Assembly (NCBI GenBank): GCA_965208835.1
Contig: OZ242358.1
Location: forward strand, 1,120,001-1,184,000
Source: Candidatus Latescibacterota bacterium
GTDB taxonomy: Bacteria; Latescibacterota; UBA2968; GCA-2709665
DNA length: 64,000 nucleotides
Direction: 5' to 3'
Of this stretch, positions 19,070 through 28,387 are shown piece by piece. Position 1 is the first letter of the stretch; each line of letters opens with the position of its first letter. Made by a program: the position numbers and the translations under genes. The notes under the pieces were generated by a model. That model did not search any database, was not told the origin of the DNA, and saw nothing but the letters and a program-made list of their open reading frames with translations.

Positions 19070-19312
19070 ATGAAAGCCCGTTTGCAGAGTTGGGGCAATG
19101 ATCTTGTCCTGCGTATTCCCCTGCCACTTGCCAGCCAGATTGGACTTAAGCCAGATACACCGGTCGAGCTATCGCTGCGCGGCAGGAAGCTGGTCATCGA
19201 ACCAGCGAGCGCGTCCGACTTGAATCTGGACGACCTGCTGGCTCGTGTGACCAAGGACAACATGCACGGTGAGGTGGGTACCGGACCTCCTGCTGGCCGC
19301 GAAGTCTGGTGA
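19070..19312 (+). CDS. mazE: MazE/AbrB-family antitoxin
   Basis: MKARLQSWGNDLVLRIP...LDDLLARVTKDNMHGEVGTGPPAGREVW; GGAGG RBS. Confidence 0.92.
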   Translation: MKARLQSWGNDLVLRIPLPLASQIGLKPDTPVELSLRGRKLVIEPASASDLNLDDLLARVTKDNMHGEVGTGPPAGREVW

Positions 19313-19380
19313 GACCCGTCGAGCAGGTGCCATAGCGCCACGATGCGATCTGGCGAAAGGATGACCCTCGGTATGAAGGC
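19309..19380 (+). pseudogene. mazF: Decayed mazF N-terminus
   Basis: GTGA overlap with the mazE stop; reads VRPVEQVP*RHDAIWRKDDPR, resembling MazF YVPxRGDxIWxxFDP. Confidence 0.55.
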
Positions 19381-19398
19381 CCGAATCGAATTTCGGCC

Positions 19399-19434
19399 TT
19401 GACATTCTTTCGCTAATTACACATATTAAGTGTG
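19399..19434 (+). promoter_or_regulatory. sigma70 promoter and possible operator of phd-vapC
   Basis: TTGACA-N17-CATATT; ACAC-N7-GTGT across the -10; AAGGAGG RBS follows. Confidence 0.7.
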
Positions 19435-19451
19435 CACTTTAAGGAGGTATC

Positions 19452-19697
19452 ATGAAGGCGACAATACTGGACCTGAGACGACGCATGAAAGACGTCTTGC
19501 TCGCACTCGATCGCAGCGAGACCGTCACCATCTACTATCGAGGCAAGGAGAAGGCGATCCTGTCGCCCAGCCTGAAGCGCACGAAAAAATCAGTAGAGGA
19601 CCATTCAGCCTTTGGGATGTGGCGGGACAGGAAAGATATGACGGACGTGGACGCTTACGTTCGCAATCTGAGAAAAGGCCGGCTGGATGATCTTTGA
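19452..19697 (+). CDS. Phd/YefM-family antitoxin
   Basis: MKATILDLRR...ETVTIYYRGKEKAIL...AFGMWRDR; overlaps the PIN toxin gene. Confidence 0.85.
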   Translation: MKATILDLRRRMKDVLLALDRSETVTIYYRGKEKAILSPSLKRTKKSVEDHSAFGMWRDRKDMTDVDAYVRNLRKGRLDDL

Positions 19698-20076
19698 TAC
19701 CGATGTTCTGATCTGGGTCTTCAGGGGCCATGCAGGGGCAGCGCAGCTTGTAGAAGGGCAAGATGAACGTCGGATATCGCTCGTTACGTACGCGGAACTG
19801 ATCCAGGGTGCGCGGAACAGGCAGGAATTGAGGGAAATCAAGTACTTCCTCAAAGATCACGCCTTTCAGACCTTGCCGTTCACTGAAAACATCGGACACA
19901 GAGCATCCGTGTATATGGAAGAGTATACCCTCAAGACCACGCTTTCTCTGGCGGATGCCCTCATCGCGGCAACGGCCGTCGAACATCACCTGACACTCTG
20001 CACCGCTAACAAGAAACACTACGGCGCAGTGAACGAACTCGATTTGAGAGCCTTTCAGCCGCGACCGGATAGTTGA
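19687..20076 (+). CDS. vapC: VapC PIN-domain toxin
   Basis: MIFDTDVLI, ELIQG, LADALIAATA, TANKKHY. Confidence 0.93.
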   Translation: MIFDTDVLIWVFRGHAGAAQLVEGQDERRISLVTYAELIQGARNRQELREIKYFLKDHAFQTLPFTENIGHRASVYMEEYTLKTTLSLADALIAATAVEHHLTLCTANKKHYGAVNELDLRAFQPRPDS

Positions 20077-20160
20077 TCAGGCTCCGCATAGTCTATAGGG
20101 AATCCGATGGAATCGGGATTGCCCCGAGACTTTGCAGACCCCAAAGCAGTCAAGATCCAC

Positions 20161-20198
20161 AAAAAGCCCAACGGCGACGCTCGAGCCGTTGGGCTTTT
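20161..20198. terminator. Bidirectional intrinsic terminator
   Basis: aaaagcccaacggc-loop-gccgttgggctttt between convergent units. Confidence 0.8.
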
Positions 20199-20391
20199 GG
20201 CATTGTTCCACCTGACGAACACCTCAAAACAGGCCTACCCGAACACATTCCTCCAATAGTGCAGCTGAACGTCGCGGAGTCTTCCGGGCTGTCAATCTTG
20301 GGGTTGCGGCGTACCGGGATGGCGGCGCGAAATACCAGTTCGCGCTACGGTCGAACCGCGGATAACGCGGAAACCGCGACAGGCTTCCTGT

Positions 20392-21174
20392 CTACGGCCA
20401 GACCTGCGGGAAGTGTTTTCCCTCCATCAGCGCCCCGTCCTCGACCTCCACGAAGGGTTTCATCACGTGCTGTCCTGAGGCCACGAAGCGCGTCTCGTGG
20501 GTCATGTAATGGATGGCAATGGCGCGACGGGGGCGGCTGCTGGTGTTTGCGTGCGACCCGTGCCAGGTCAGCGCGTGGTGGTAGTGTACCTCGCCCTTTT
20601 TCACGGGACACCGGACGATTTCCACGCGGTGTCCGTTCCACTCCCCGGGCATGTCCTCGTAGTTCTTGACCGACCGGATGAAGTCGATCTGGTTTCCCCA
20701 CTTGTGGGAACCGGGGACCATACTCATACATCCGTTCGACTCGCCCACGTCGTCCAGCGCCACCCAGGCGCTCACCTCCGTCATCGGTGCAAGAATCGGC
20801 CACAGCGGCGCATCCTGGTGCCACATGGTGACGCCGCCCCGCTCCGCTGGCTTGTACTGGATCTGATCGTGCCAGACGCGCAATCGAGCAGCGCCAGTCA
20901 GCTGCGCCACATCCTCAACGACCCTGCGCATACCTGTGAGTTCGCGAAACGGATCGCTCGCGGCCCAGATATTGACAATCTGCCAGACGGGCGTTTCCGG
21001 ATTCTGGTTCAGGTTTCGCAGATGAACGGGCTGCGGAACGTCCGACCGGTCGCGGTCCTCAATCACACGGTCCAGTTCGCGTCGCAGCGTTTCCACCTGC
21101 CCGTCGTCCAGCAGGCGCCCGCCGTTCAGGAATCCTCTTTCGTGAAACCTGGTGATTTGTGTTTCGGTCAGCAT
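20392..21174 (-). CDS. Phytanoyl-CoA dioxygenase (PhyH) family Fe(II)/2OG dioxygenase
   Basis: WHQD, WVALDDV...NGCM...PGSHK, HGSHANTS...RR. Confidence 0.95.
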   Translation of the reverse strand: MLTETQITRFHERGFLNGGRLLDDGQVETLRRELDRVIEDRDRSDVPQPVHLRNLNQNPETPVWQIVNIWAASDPFRELTGMRRVVEDVAQLTGAARLRVWHDQIQYKPAERGGVTMWHQDAPLWPILAPMTEVSAWVALDDVGESNGCMSMVPGSHKWGNQIDFIRSVKNYEDMPGEWNGHRVEIVRCPVKKGEVHYHHALTWHGSHANTSSRPRRAIAIHYMTHETRFVASGQHVMKPFVEVEDGALMEGKHFPQVWP

Positions 21175-21217
21175 GGGGCCAACGCACCTTCAGGGTGGGA
21201 AATCGTGTGAGTCCAGG

Positions 21218-22030
21218 TTACGGCGAACCTGCCAGGATCGGATGAACAGGGTGTTCCCAGGGCCCGCCCGCCGCCATCTCTTCTCCGGCCCCTGCCGCTT
21301 CCGTTCCGCCGGTAAAACGCACGTAGTCGGGTATGTAGATGATCGCGAACGCCCGCCGCGGCCTGTCCGTCAGGTTGGCGCCCGCGTGATGAAAGTTGCA
21401 GCCGTGATGAAAGGTCACCCCGCCCGCGGCCATCTCCATCGCGACGGGCTCGGCCACCTCGTGCCCCTTCTCCGCCATCTTCTCCACGATGCTTTCACCT
21501 GCCACCCCGAGCGCGATCGGTTCCTGCGGGCCCAGCTTGTGCGAGCCGGGAACAAAGTGAAGGCACCCGTTTTCAACAGTCACGTCGTCCACCGCCACCC
21601 ATGCCGAAAGCGCGCCGTCCGGCTCCATGGGCCAGTAGGGCATGTCCTGGTGCCAGTTGGTCGCGCGGCTGCCGGACCCGCCGGGTTTGACCATGGCGTG
21701 GTCGTGATAGATCCGCACGTGGCGGCACGCAGAGAGGCGCCGCGCGGTTTCGGCCAGGGCATGGTTGAACGAATAGGCTTTCACTTCCGTAAAATCCGTC
21801 CAGAGGTTCACCATCTGGTTGAAGACCTTCTCGTACGCTTCGGACCTCCGTCCGCCGTCCGGTGCGCCGAGAATCCGCTCCCTGTTGGTCTCGATGGCCC
21901 GGTCGACGGCATCTCGGAGAGCGGCAATCTCGTCTCTCGAAAAGAACTCCGGATACCTTATGTATCCGTTTTCTTGATAGAATGCCATGTCGTCCGGCGT
22001 TGCGGGGCTTTGTTTTTCCTCAATGGACAT
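21218..22030 (-). CDS. PhyH family Fe(II)/2OG dioxygenase
   Basis: WHQDMPYWP, ENGCLHFVPGSH, HHAGANLTDRPRR. Confidence 0.95.
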   Translation of the reverse strand: MSIEEKQSPATPDDMAFYQENGYIRYPEFFSRDEIAALRDAVDRAIETNRERILGAPDGGRRSEAYEKVFNQMVNLWTDFTEVKAYSFNHALAETARRLSACRHVRIYHDHAMVKPGGSGSRATNWHQDMPYWPMEPDGALSAWVAVDDVTVENGCLHFVPGSHKLGPQEPIALGVAGESIVEKMAEKGHEVAEPVAMEMAAGGVTFHHGCNFHHAGANLTDRPRRAFAIIYIPDYVRFTGGTEAAGAGEEMAAGGPWEHPVHPILAGSP

Positions 22031-22181
22031 TGTCGTTTCCCTGATTCACATGCCGTGTGCATCCACGTACCGAAAAAACCGCCGGTAATCGATGCACCAA
22101 AATACACAACGCGGGCATAAGTACCAACGGAATTCTTCGGAATGTCAAGCTACGTGAGCCTCAGTACTCCCGGCCGGTTTT

Positions 22182-22367
22182 TCAATACGCGATTCGATGT
22201 TTGTCCCGGACGAGCAACCGGTAACCCACGTAGATCAACAAGATCGGAACGGCAAGCTTGATCGCGAACCAGATCAACCCCAGCGCGATTCCGATGAGTC
22301 CGCCCAGCATAATCAGAGCCACGAATCCGCCGAAAGCCAACAAACAGAAACCAAGAAATTTGGCCAT
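22182..22367 (-). CDS. Small two-TM membrane protein downstream of pspA (LiaI-like role inferred)
   Basis: 61 aa, strongly hydrophobic; GAGG RBS. Confidence 0.8.
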   Translation of the reverse strand: MAKFLGFCLLAFGGFVALIMLGGLIGIALGLIWFAIKLAVPILLIYVGYRLLVRDKHRIAY

Positions 22368-22401
22368 TGAATTTTCCTCAGAAGAAAGCTGTCAGCTAAA
22401 T

Positions 22402-22536
22402 GCGGGAAGACGTAAGCCGGGAGACGGGAGAAGGAATCATTGCCGATCTGCTCATCCTCTATGCCTGCGGCGAAAGTTGAAACCCATCGAATCGGGTCAT
22501 CTCTTACGTCTCACCTCTTGCCTCTAACCGCTTTTT
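22402..22536 (+). repeat. MITE-like repeat family C, copy 1 (AGACG heptamer ends)
   Basis: ggaagacgtaag..agacgg..gccgatctgct..ctctatgcctgcgg core matches the reverse complement of 57785-57919; overlaps the pspA stop. Confidence 0.8.
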
Positions 22537-23184
22537 CAACTCCCGCAACTGTGCGTCGATCCGTTCCCTACGGGCCATTTTCTCCAGGCATTCGTCCTCG
22601 TCCGGGTTGCCGCCGGTGATTTCCTCGTAAACCTCGGCAGCGGCTTCTTCGTGGTCAACCCGCCGGCAGAGTTCGTCGAACCGTTCAAACGCTTCGTTGC
22701 GAATCCGGATGGGGGATCCTGCGGCTGAAACCTGCGCTCGCGCCGCGCGGCTTCTGGCGACGAGGGTCCTCTGCCGCGCCCTGGCATCGTTGAGACGGAC
22801 CTTCAAGCGCGCGCATTGCCCCTTGAGCTGTTCAGATACCCTCCCGGCCTCGGCCATGGCCTTCTCAATCTCATCGGCTTCCGCATCCACCTCGGTCTTT
22901 CGCTCAAGCGCCAGACGGGCGAGGTCGTCGTTCCCCTGTGAGACGGCGCGTTCGGCGGTCCGGTCCCAGGCCGCCGCGTCCGCTCTCCGCGCCTTAAGTC
23001 TTCGTTCGAGAAGCCGCTGGCCGGCCATGGCATCCGCCACGGCGGCAGTGGCGTCGTTCACCGCGTTCTCCATCTCCGTCATCATGAGACGCGACATCTT
23101 CTCCGGGTCCTCCATCCGGTTCAGCAGATCGTCCACGTCCGCCCGAATAATGTTCGCGATTCTCGACAATGTCCCTGTGGCCAT
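22504..23184 (-). CDS. pspA: PspA/IM30 family protein
   Basis: LSRIANIIRADVDDLLNRMEDPEKM, DDLARLALERK, long coiled coil. Confidence 0.93.
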   Translation of the reverse strand: MATGTLSRIANIIRADVDDLLNRMEDPEKMSRLMMTEMENAVNDATAAVADAMAGQRLLERRLKARRADAAAWDRTAERAVSQGNDDLARLALERKTEVDAEADEIEKAMAEAGRVSEQLKGQCARLKVRLNDARARQRTLVARSRAARAQVSAAGSPIRIRNEAFERFDELCRRVDHEEAAAEVYEEITGGNPDEDECLEKMARRERIDAQLRELKKRLEARGET

Positions 23185-23256
23185 GCCGGTCTCCTTTCAA
23201 TGGTTGGTGAGGTGTTTCCTCCCGGGAATGTCCTTTGCCGCGCTGCCTATGGACAA

Positions 23257-23272
23257 TACAAATGTCGTGCCA
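23257..23272 (-). promoter_or_regulatory. sigma54-type -24/-12 promoter of pspA with an AT-rich (IHF-like) tract upstream
   Basis: TGGCAC-GACAT-TTGTA on the minus strand; AT-rich 23283-23330. Confidence 0.7.
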
Positions 23273-23558
23273 AGAATCCCGTTTATGATTAAATGATTGG
23301 TTTATAATAATTTATTAAAAAACGATAAAAGAAACCGTCCGGGATATTGGCGTGATACGCCATCCCGAACGGCCGAATGCACCTATACAGAAAAAGGAAG
23401 AAGGAAAAAGGAAAGAACACTTTCCCGTATTATGCCCTCGATGCCGGACTTTCGCTCATGGGTAAACAGGAATGGATCACGAAAGAGGGCGCGAAACCGG
23501 TGCGGTGCGGCGGGGGACCGCTCCCATCTATCTTCTTTTGTCTACTCACGTTTTGACG

Positions 23559-24674
23559 TCAGGATGCCGCAGGGGCTCCCGCCAAGGACCTCGCCCCGTG
23601 CGACGGCTTGCCACCGGAACGGCGGGCCTGAATCAGTTCAGATACGACGCTGATGGCGATTTCCTCCGGGGAATCCGCGCCAATGTCCAGTCCAATGGGC
23701 GCGTGTATCTCATCAAGACGCTCCCTGCTGATTCCCTTCGCCTCCAGTTCCTTCCACATCAACGCGATCTTGCGCCTGCTGCCGATCATGCCAATGTAGG
23801 CGGCGTCGGTCCGGACCGCCTGCTCCACAACCGGCTTGTCGTGCTGGTGTCCTCTGGTCACCGCGACAATATAGGACAGGTCATCGATTACCAGGTGTTC
23901 GAATGCCGTTTCCATCTCCAGCGTGAGCGTCTCATCCGCCATGGGAAAGCGCTCCCTGTTGGCGAACATGGGACGGTCGTCGATAACGACGATTCGAAAA
24001 CCCACGGTGACAGCAATACGGGCGATGGCGAACGAAACGTGCCCGCCGCCGAACAGGTAGAGCGTGGGCTCCGGGCAGATCGACTCCATGAAGACCTTCA
24101 GCGGGGTGGCGGATTCGTCCACGTCCAGCGATACGACCTCGAGCAGGTCCTCCGGAATCGTATCCATTTCAGCCACTTCGCCCAGGACCACGGTGTCGGC
24201 CTCCGGCGATCCCAGCGAACCCACGACGGTCCCGTCGGCGCGCACCAGCAGCTTGGCGCTCCATTTCGAGGGATCCCCTCCGGACACGAGCGTGGCCAGC
24301 ACTGCGGACTCCCGGGCCCTGCGGACCTCTGCCACGGTCTCGAGTACCGTCTCGGACCGGCCCCTGTACAGCGGCTCCGTGAAGATCTCGACGTTACCGC
24401 CGCAATTCAACCCGTTTTCGCCGGCGTGTTCCTCGGTCAATATAAAACGCTGAAGCGTGGGTACGCCCGTCTCCATCACGTCGCGGGCTTCAGCCCATAC
24501 ATCCGCCTCGAGGCAGCCGCCGCCAACCGTACCCACGATCTCGCCATCGGGACGCACCAGCATCTTGGCCTTCTTGCTCATCGGCAAGGATCCCTTGCTG
24601 GAGACAATCGTCGACAGCGCCGCATTCTCTCCCGACGAAATCATGTCCAGGGCTTCTGAGAATACGTCCTTCAT
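23559..24674 (-). CDS. xdhC: XdhC/CoxF family molybdo-hydroxylase maturation factor
   Basis: GTVGGGCLE, GLNCGG, LFGGGHV, IDDR, TRGHQHD, YIGMIGSRRK, HAPIGLDIGA. Confidence 0.93.
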   Translation of the reverse strand: MKDVFSEALDMISSGENAALSTIVSSKGSLPMSKKAKMLVRPDGEIVGTVGGGCLEADVWAEARDVMETGVPTLQRFILTEEHAGENGLNCGGNVEIFTEPLYRGRSETVLETVAEVRRARESAVLATLVSGGDPSKWSAKLLVRADGTVVGSLGSPEADTVVLGEVAEMDTIPEDLLEVVSLDVDESATPLKVFMESICPEPTLYLFGGGHVSFAIARIAVTVGFRIVVIDDRPMFANRERFPMADETLTLEMETAFEHLVIDDLSYIVAVTRGHQHDKPVVEQAVRTDAAYIGMIGSRRKIALMWKELEAKGISRERLDEIHAPIGLDIGADSPEEIAISVVSELIQARRSGGKPSHGARSLAGAPAAS

Positions 24675-24751
24675 CGGAACCACCTCCTTAAAGACCGCTT
24701 CTCAATTCCGGATGCCGGATTGGGACTCCGTGCAATTGTGCATCGAAAGCA

Positions 24752-25915
24752 TTATCGCCAGACCGAACGCAACGTTTTCGCCAGCTGTACGAGACTCTCC
24801 AGATTGTGCGCGGCCATGAAATGATCCAGATACGGTAAGGCCGTTTTCATGCCAAGGCAAAGCGGCTGGTAACCAGGGCTGCCCAAGAGGGGGTTCAGCC
24901 ACATCAGTTTATGAACGCGCCGCCGCAGCCGCTCCATCTCCCGCCGCATGAGGTCCGCGTCTCCGCGGTCCCAACCGTCGCTGACAATGATCATGACGGT
25001 TTTGGCTTTCAACATCTCACGGGCAAACCGGTCGTTGAACTCCCGCAGGCAGCCGCCGATATCGGTCCCGCCGGCCCAATCGTGAACCGTGTCCGCCACC
25101 TCCCGGAGCGACTCCTCCACGCTCTTGTTCTTCAGCAGCCTGGAGATGGGGGTCATCCGCGTGGAGAATACCCCAACCTCCACGTCGCGGATTTCCCGCT
25201 TCAGCGCGTAGATGAGCTGAATCAGAAACTGGCTGTAGCAGTCCATCGATCCGCTGACGTCGCACAGCAGCATCAGCTTCGTTTTCTTGATCCGCCGCCG
25301 GCGCCTGGCAAGGGCCACGCCGTCCCGTCCGTAAAGCGCGTTCCTCCGCCAGGTCCTCCTGAAGTCGATCTCCACGCCCCGCTTCTGCGGCTCCCTCCGT
25401 CTGCTGCGTCGGTTGGCGATGATGTCGACGATCTGTGCGATGACCTGCCTGGCCTTTTCGATTTCCTTGTCGCTCATGGCGGCCAGGTCCTTGCGCATCA
25501 ACGCTTCGTCGGGGCTGTACCCGATCTCGTCGGAGTCTCCCTCGCCGTCCGTGTCTTCCTCTTCCTCTGTCGCGGTTTCGACCGGTTCGTCGAGTTGGTC
25601 CGACACTTCCAGGTTCTGGTCGTCCGCTTCTTCGTCGGCGACCTCCATATCAAGGGTCCGGACGGGGGCACTCCAGAATGCATGAAATACCCGGTCGAAT
25701 GTCTCCAGATCGTCGAAACGGGAAACCAGCGTGGCGCGCGCGGCGGCGTAGAAATCCCCGCGCCGGCCGATATCGATGAATCTGAAACTCTGGCAGAAGT
25801 CGATCAGATTGCCGGAGTTCACATCCACGCCCGCCCTGTGCAACGCGCGCGAAAAGGCCACCACCCGGCCCATCATGCTCCCGTCTTCAACCCGTACCGG
25901 ATTCATTCCGTCCAA
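24752..25915 (-). CDS. coxE: CoxE-like VWA domain protein
   Basis: LLCDVSGSM, WAGGTDIG, VSDGWDRG, WLNPL. Confidence 0.92.
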   Translation of the reverse strand: MDGMNPVRVEDGSMMGRVVAFSRALHRAGVDVNSGNLIDFCQSFRFIDIGRRGDFYAAARATLVSRFDDLETFDRVFHAFWSAPVRTLDMEVADEEADDQNLEVSDQLDEPVETATEEEEDTDGEGDSDEIGYSPDEALMRKDLAAMSDKEIEKARQVIAQIVDIIANRRSRRREPQKRGVEIDFRRTWRRNALYGRDGVALARRRRRIKKTKLMLLCDVSGSMDCYSQFLIQLIYALKREIRDVEVGVFSTRMTPISRLLKNKSVEESLREVADTVHDWAGGTDIGGCLREFNDRFAREMLKAKTVMIIVSDGWDRGDADLMRREMERLRRRVHKLMWLNPLLGSPGYQPLCLGMKTALPYLDHFMAAHNLESLVQLAKTLRSVWR

Positions 25916-25947
25916 CCCATGGAAAGGTCTCTAGGTCCGACTTGTCG

Positions 25948-26898
25948 TCAATTTTTCAAACGCATTGCCCGATCCTTAAGCGCCCGCGCCTTTTCGATAA
26001 TCTGCGGCAGGCCATCTTCCTGGAGTTTCTCGATGTCCTCCTTGTACTTCAGCACGCAGCCGAGTGTGGCGTTAACGGTATCGGAATCGAGTTCGTCGAT
26101 TTCCATCTGCATCAGCGCAAGCGCCCAATCGATGGTCTCCGCAATGCCCGGCCGCTTGTAGAAATCGCGTGTGCGCATCAGTTGCATGAACCCGCAGACC
26201 TGCTGCGCCAGCCCCGTCTGAATGCGGGGAACCCGCGAGGCGACGATTTCCATCTCTTTCTTGAACGTGGGATAGTCGATCCACAGGTAGAGGCAGCGCC
26301 GTTTGAGCGCATCGTGCAACTCGCGCGTACGGTTGGAGGTGAGCACGACGAACGGCACTTTCTGGGCGGTGATCGTGCCGATTTCGGGAATGGTAATCTG
26401 GAAATCCGACAATACTTCCAGCAGAAAGGCTTCGAACTCTTCGTCGGACCGGTCCACCTCGTCGATCAACAGTACCGGCGGGTTGCTTCCGCTGCCCTGG
26501 ATGGCCCGGAGAAGCGGCCGTTTCAAAAGAAAATCCTCGCTGAAGATGCTGCGGCCGATCTCCTGCTTTTCTATGCCCCGGGCCTCTTCCAGGCGCATCT
26601 CCAGCATCTGCCTCGGGTAATTCCATTCGTACAGGGCCGTATTAGCGTCCAGCCCTTCGTAACACTGCAACCGGATCAGATCCGTTTCCAGGATCTGCGC
26701 CATGACCTTGGCGACTTCTGTCTTGCCTACGCCCGGCTCACCCTCCAGAAATATCGGTTTTCCCAGCGCCACGGCCAGATAGACCGTTGTGGCCAGCGTC
26801 CGATCCGCGATATATCCCTCCCCACCAAACCGCGCCTCGACTTCCTCTATTGACTTTAACATCCGACCCGTATCTCCCCTTTCACAGAAGCTGCCCAA
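25948..26898 (-). CDS. coxD: CoxD-like MoxR AAA+ ATPase (start may be 26862)
   Basis: LEGEPGVGKT, RLQCYEGLD, LYEWNY, LLIDEVDR, ELHDALKRRC. Confidence 0.93.
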   Translation of the reverse strand: MGSFCERGDTGRMLKSIEEVEARFGGEGYIADRTLATTVYLAVALGKPIFLEGEPGVGKTEVAKVMAQILETDLIRLQCYEGLDANTALYEWNYPRQMLEMRLEEARGIEKQEIGRSIFSEDFLLKRPLLRAIQGSGSNPPVLLIDEVDRSDEEFEAFLLEVLSDFQITIPEIGTITAQKVPFVVLTSNRTRELHDALKRRCLYLWIDYPTFKKEMEIVASRVPRIQTGLAQQVCGFMQLMRTRDFYKRPGIAETIDWALALMQMEIDELDSDTVNATLGCVLKYKEDIEKLQEDGLPQIIEKARALKDRAMRLKN

Positions 26899-26910
26899 GG
26901 GCCGACCATT

Positions 26911-27444
26911 TTAACGGTCGCTATCCGCGTATCGCGCCAGCCATGCGCGAAGCGCCTCGACCGTGCTACGAAATGCAAGTTCGGACCAGGGAATCCGCCC
27001 CGGAGGGTACGTCCGCACCTCCAGCGTCTCGTAATTCCCCTTCAGTTCGCCTCCGACCACGACGCCCGTGTACACGACCAGGACCGCAGTCACGTTCGGG
27101 TAGGAATAGACGCCGAGCAGGTCTTCGATTTCGACTTCCAGCCCCACCTCTTCCATTGCTTCCCGGGCCGCCGCGGCTTCCACCTGTTCGCCCCGATCGA
27201 CGTATCCGCCGGGAAAGACCCACTTTCCAATCCCGGGTTCGATGCCCCGCTTCAGGAGCACGACCTCATCTTCCAGCGTCACAATCACGCCGGCCGCCAC
27301 TTTGGGGTCCAGGTAAACCACGAACCCACAGGCCGGACAGACGGGGCGGCTATGGCCTTCGACCGGTTTCAGCACCAGCGCCGCGCTGCATCGTTCGCAG
27401 AAGCGGACGCCGCCCGGGTGATGCGCGTTGTGATCGCTCGCCAC
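26911..27444 (-). CDS. NUDIX hydrolase with N-terminal zinc ribbon
   Basis: CERC...CPAC; PGGYVDRGEQVEAAAAREAMEEVG. Confidence 0.93.
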   Translation of the reverse strand: MASDHNAHHPGGVRFCERCSAALVLKPVEGHSRPVCPACGFVVYLDPKVAAGVIVTLEDEVVLLKRGIEPGIGKWVFPGGYVDRGEQVEAAAAREAMEEVGLEVEIEDLLGVYSYPNVTAVLVVYTGVVVGGELKGNYETLEVRTYPPGRIPWSELAFRSTVEALRAWLARYADSDR

Positions 27445-27536
27445 AGAGAAGAAACCCTCCGGGAGAATGGGCCCGATCGTCTAAATATACGGGATTGGAA
27501 CCGCTTCACAAGCCTTTTTCACTTCCTGGAGGGCGT

Positions 27537-27570
27537 AAAAAAAACCGCAGCCTTTACCAGGCATGCGGTT
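27537..27570 (-). terminator. Intrinsic terminator after phoU
   Basis: Minus strand aaccgcatgcctggtaaaggctgcggtttttttt. Confidence 0.75.
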
Positions 27571-27655
27571 CCGAACTCGGACCTGCTCGGACAAGGATCG
27601 CCGCCGTCATGGAGATGCCGATCCTCCCGCCGCGCGGGCCCACTCTCATGATCCG

Positions 27656-28336
27656 TTATTCCTCTTCGCCGATATTCTCCTTCTGGTGCCGCACAATCCG
27701 CCCCTGCACCAGATAGACCGCGTTTTCGGCGATATTGGACGCGTGGTCGCCCATTCGCTCCAGGTGCCGGGAAACCAGAATCAGATGAATCGCACGATCG
27801 ATGGCGTCCGTTTCCGCGCGATAATGGAGATACGTGAGCAACTCCCTGAAAATCTGGTCCCGCAAGCCGTCCACCACGTCGTCTCGCCGGCGCACGTCGT
27901 TCGCCAGGTCCACGTTTCGGTTTACAAACGCGTCGAGCGCATCCTTGACCATGCCCCGGACGAGTTCCGCCATCCTGGGTATATCGATAAGCGGTTTCAG
28001 CGGGGAGGTTCGGTTGAGTACAAAGGCGCGTTGCGCGATATTCACCGACTGATCGTTGATCCTCTCGAGGTCGTAGTTGATCTTCATGACAGTCGCGATC
28101 AAGCGCAGATCCCCGGCCACGGGCTGGGTCACCGCCAGCAGCTTCAGTAAATCCTCCTCAATTGTCACTTCCCATTCATCGATTGTCTTCCCGCCGGAAA
28201 TCACGGCGCCCGCCAGATCATTGTCTCTATCCACCAGACTCTTGACGGCGTGTGCAATGGACTCTTCGACGGCCCCGCCCATCTTCAGCAGCTCGCTCTT
28301 CAGATGCTCCAGCCTCTGATCAAGTGTCCGTTCCAT
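27656..28336 (-). CDS. phoU: Phosphate signalling protein PhoU
   Basis: QPVAGDLR, DLERIND, HLERMGDHASNIAE. Confidence 0.97.
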   Translation of the reverse strand: MERTLDQRLEHLKSELLKMGGAVEESIAHAVKSLVDRDNDLAGAVISGGKTIDEWEVTIEEDLLKLLAVTQPVAGDLRLIATVMKINYDLERINDQSVNIAQRAFVLNRTSPLKPLIDIPRMAELVRGMVKDALDAFVNRNVDLANDVRRRDDVVDGLRDQIFRELLTYLHYRAETDAIDRAIHLILVSRHLERMGDHASNIAENAVYLVQGRIVRHQKENIGEEE

Positions 28337-28387
28337 AAGGCATCCTATCTGATGATTTCCCCTCGAAATTTCCGTACGGTGTTTCCA

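Noticed and set aside
20200-20300. Possible small RNA or short ORF on the minus strand ending at the 20161-20198 terminator
   Set aside because: A TTGACA and a GGAGG are present, but there is no properly spaced -10 and no recognisable peptide or RNA family.
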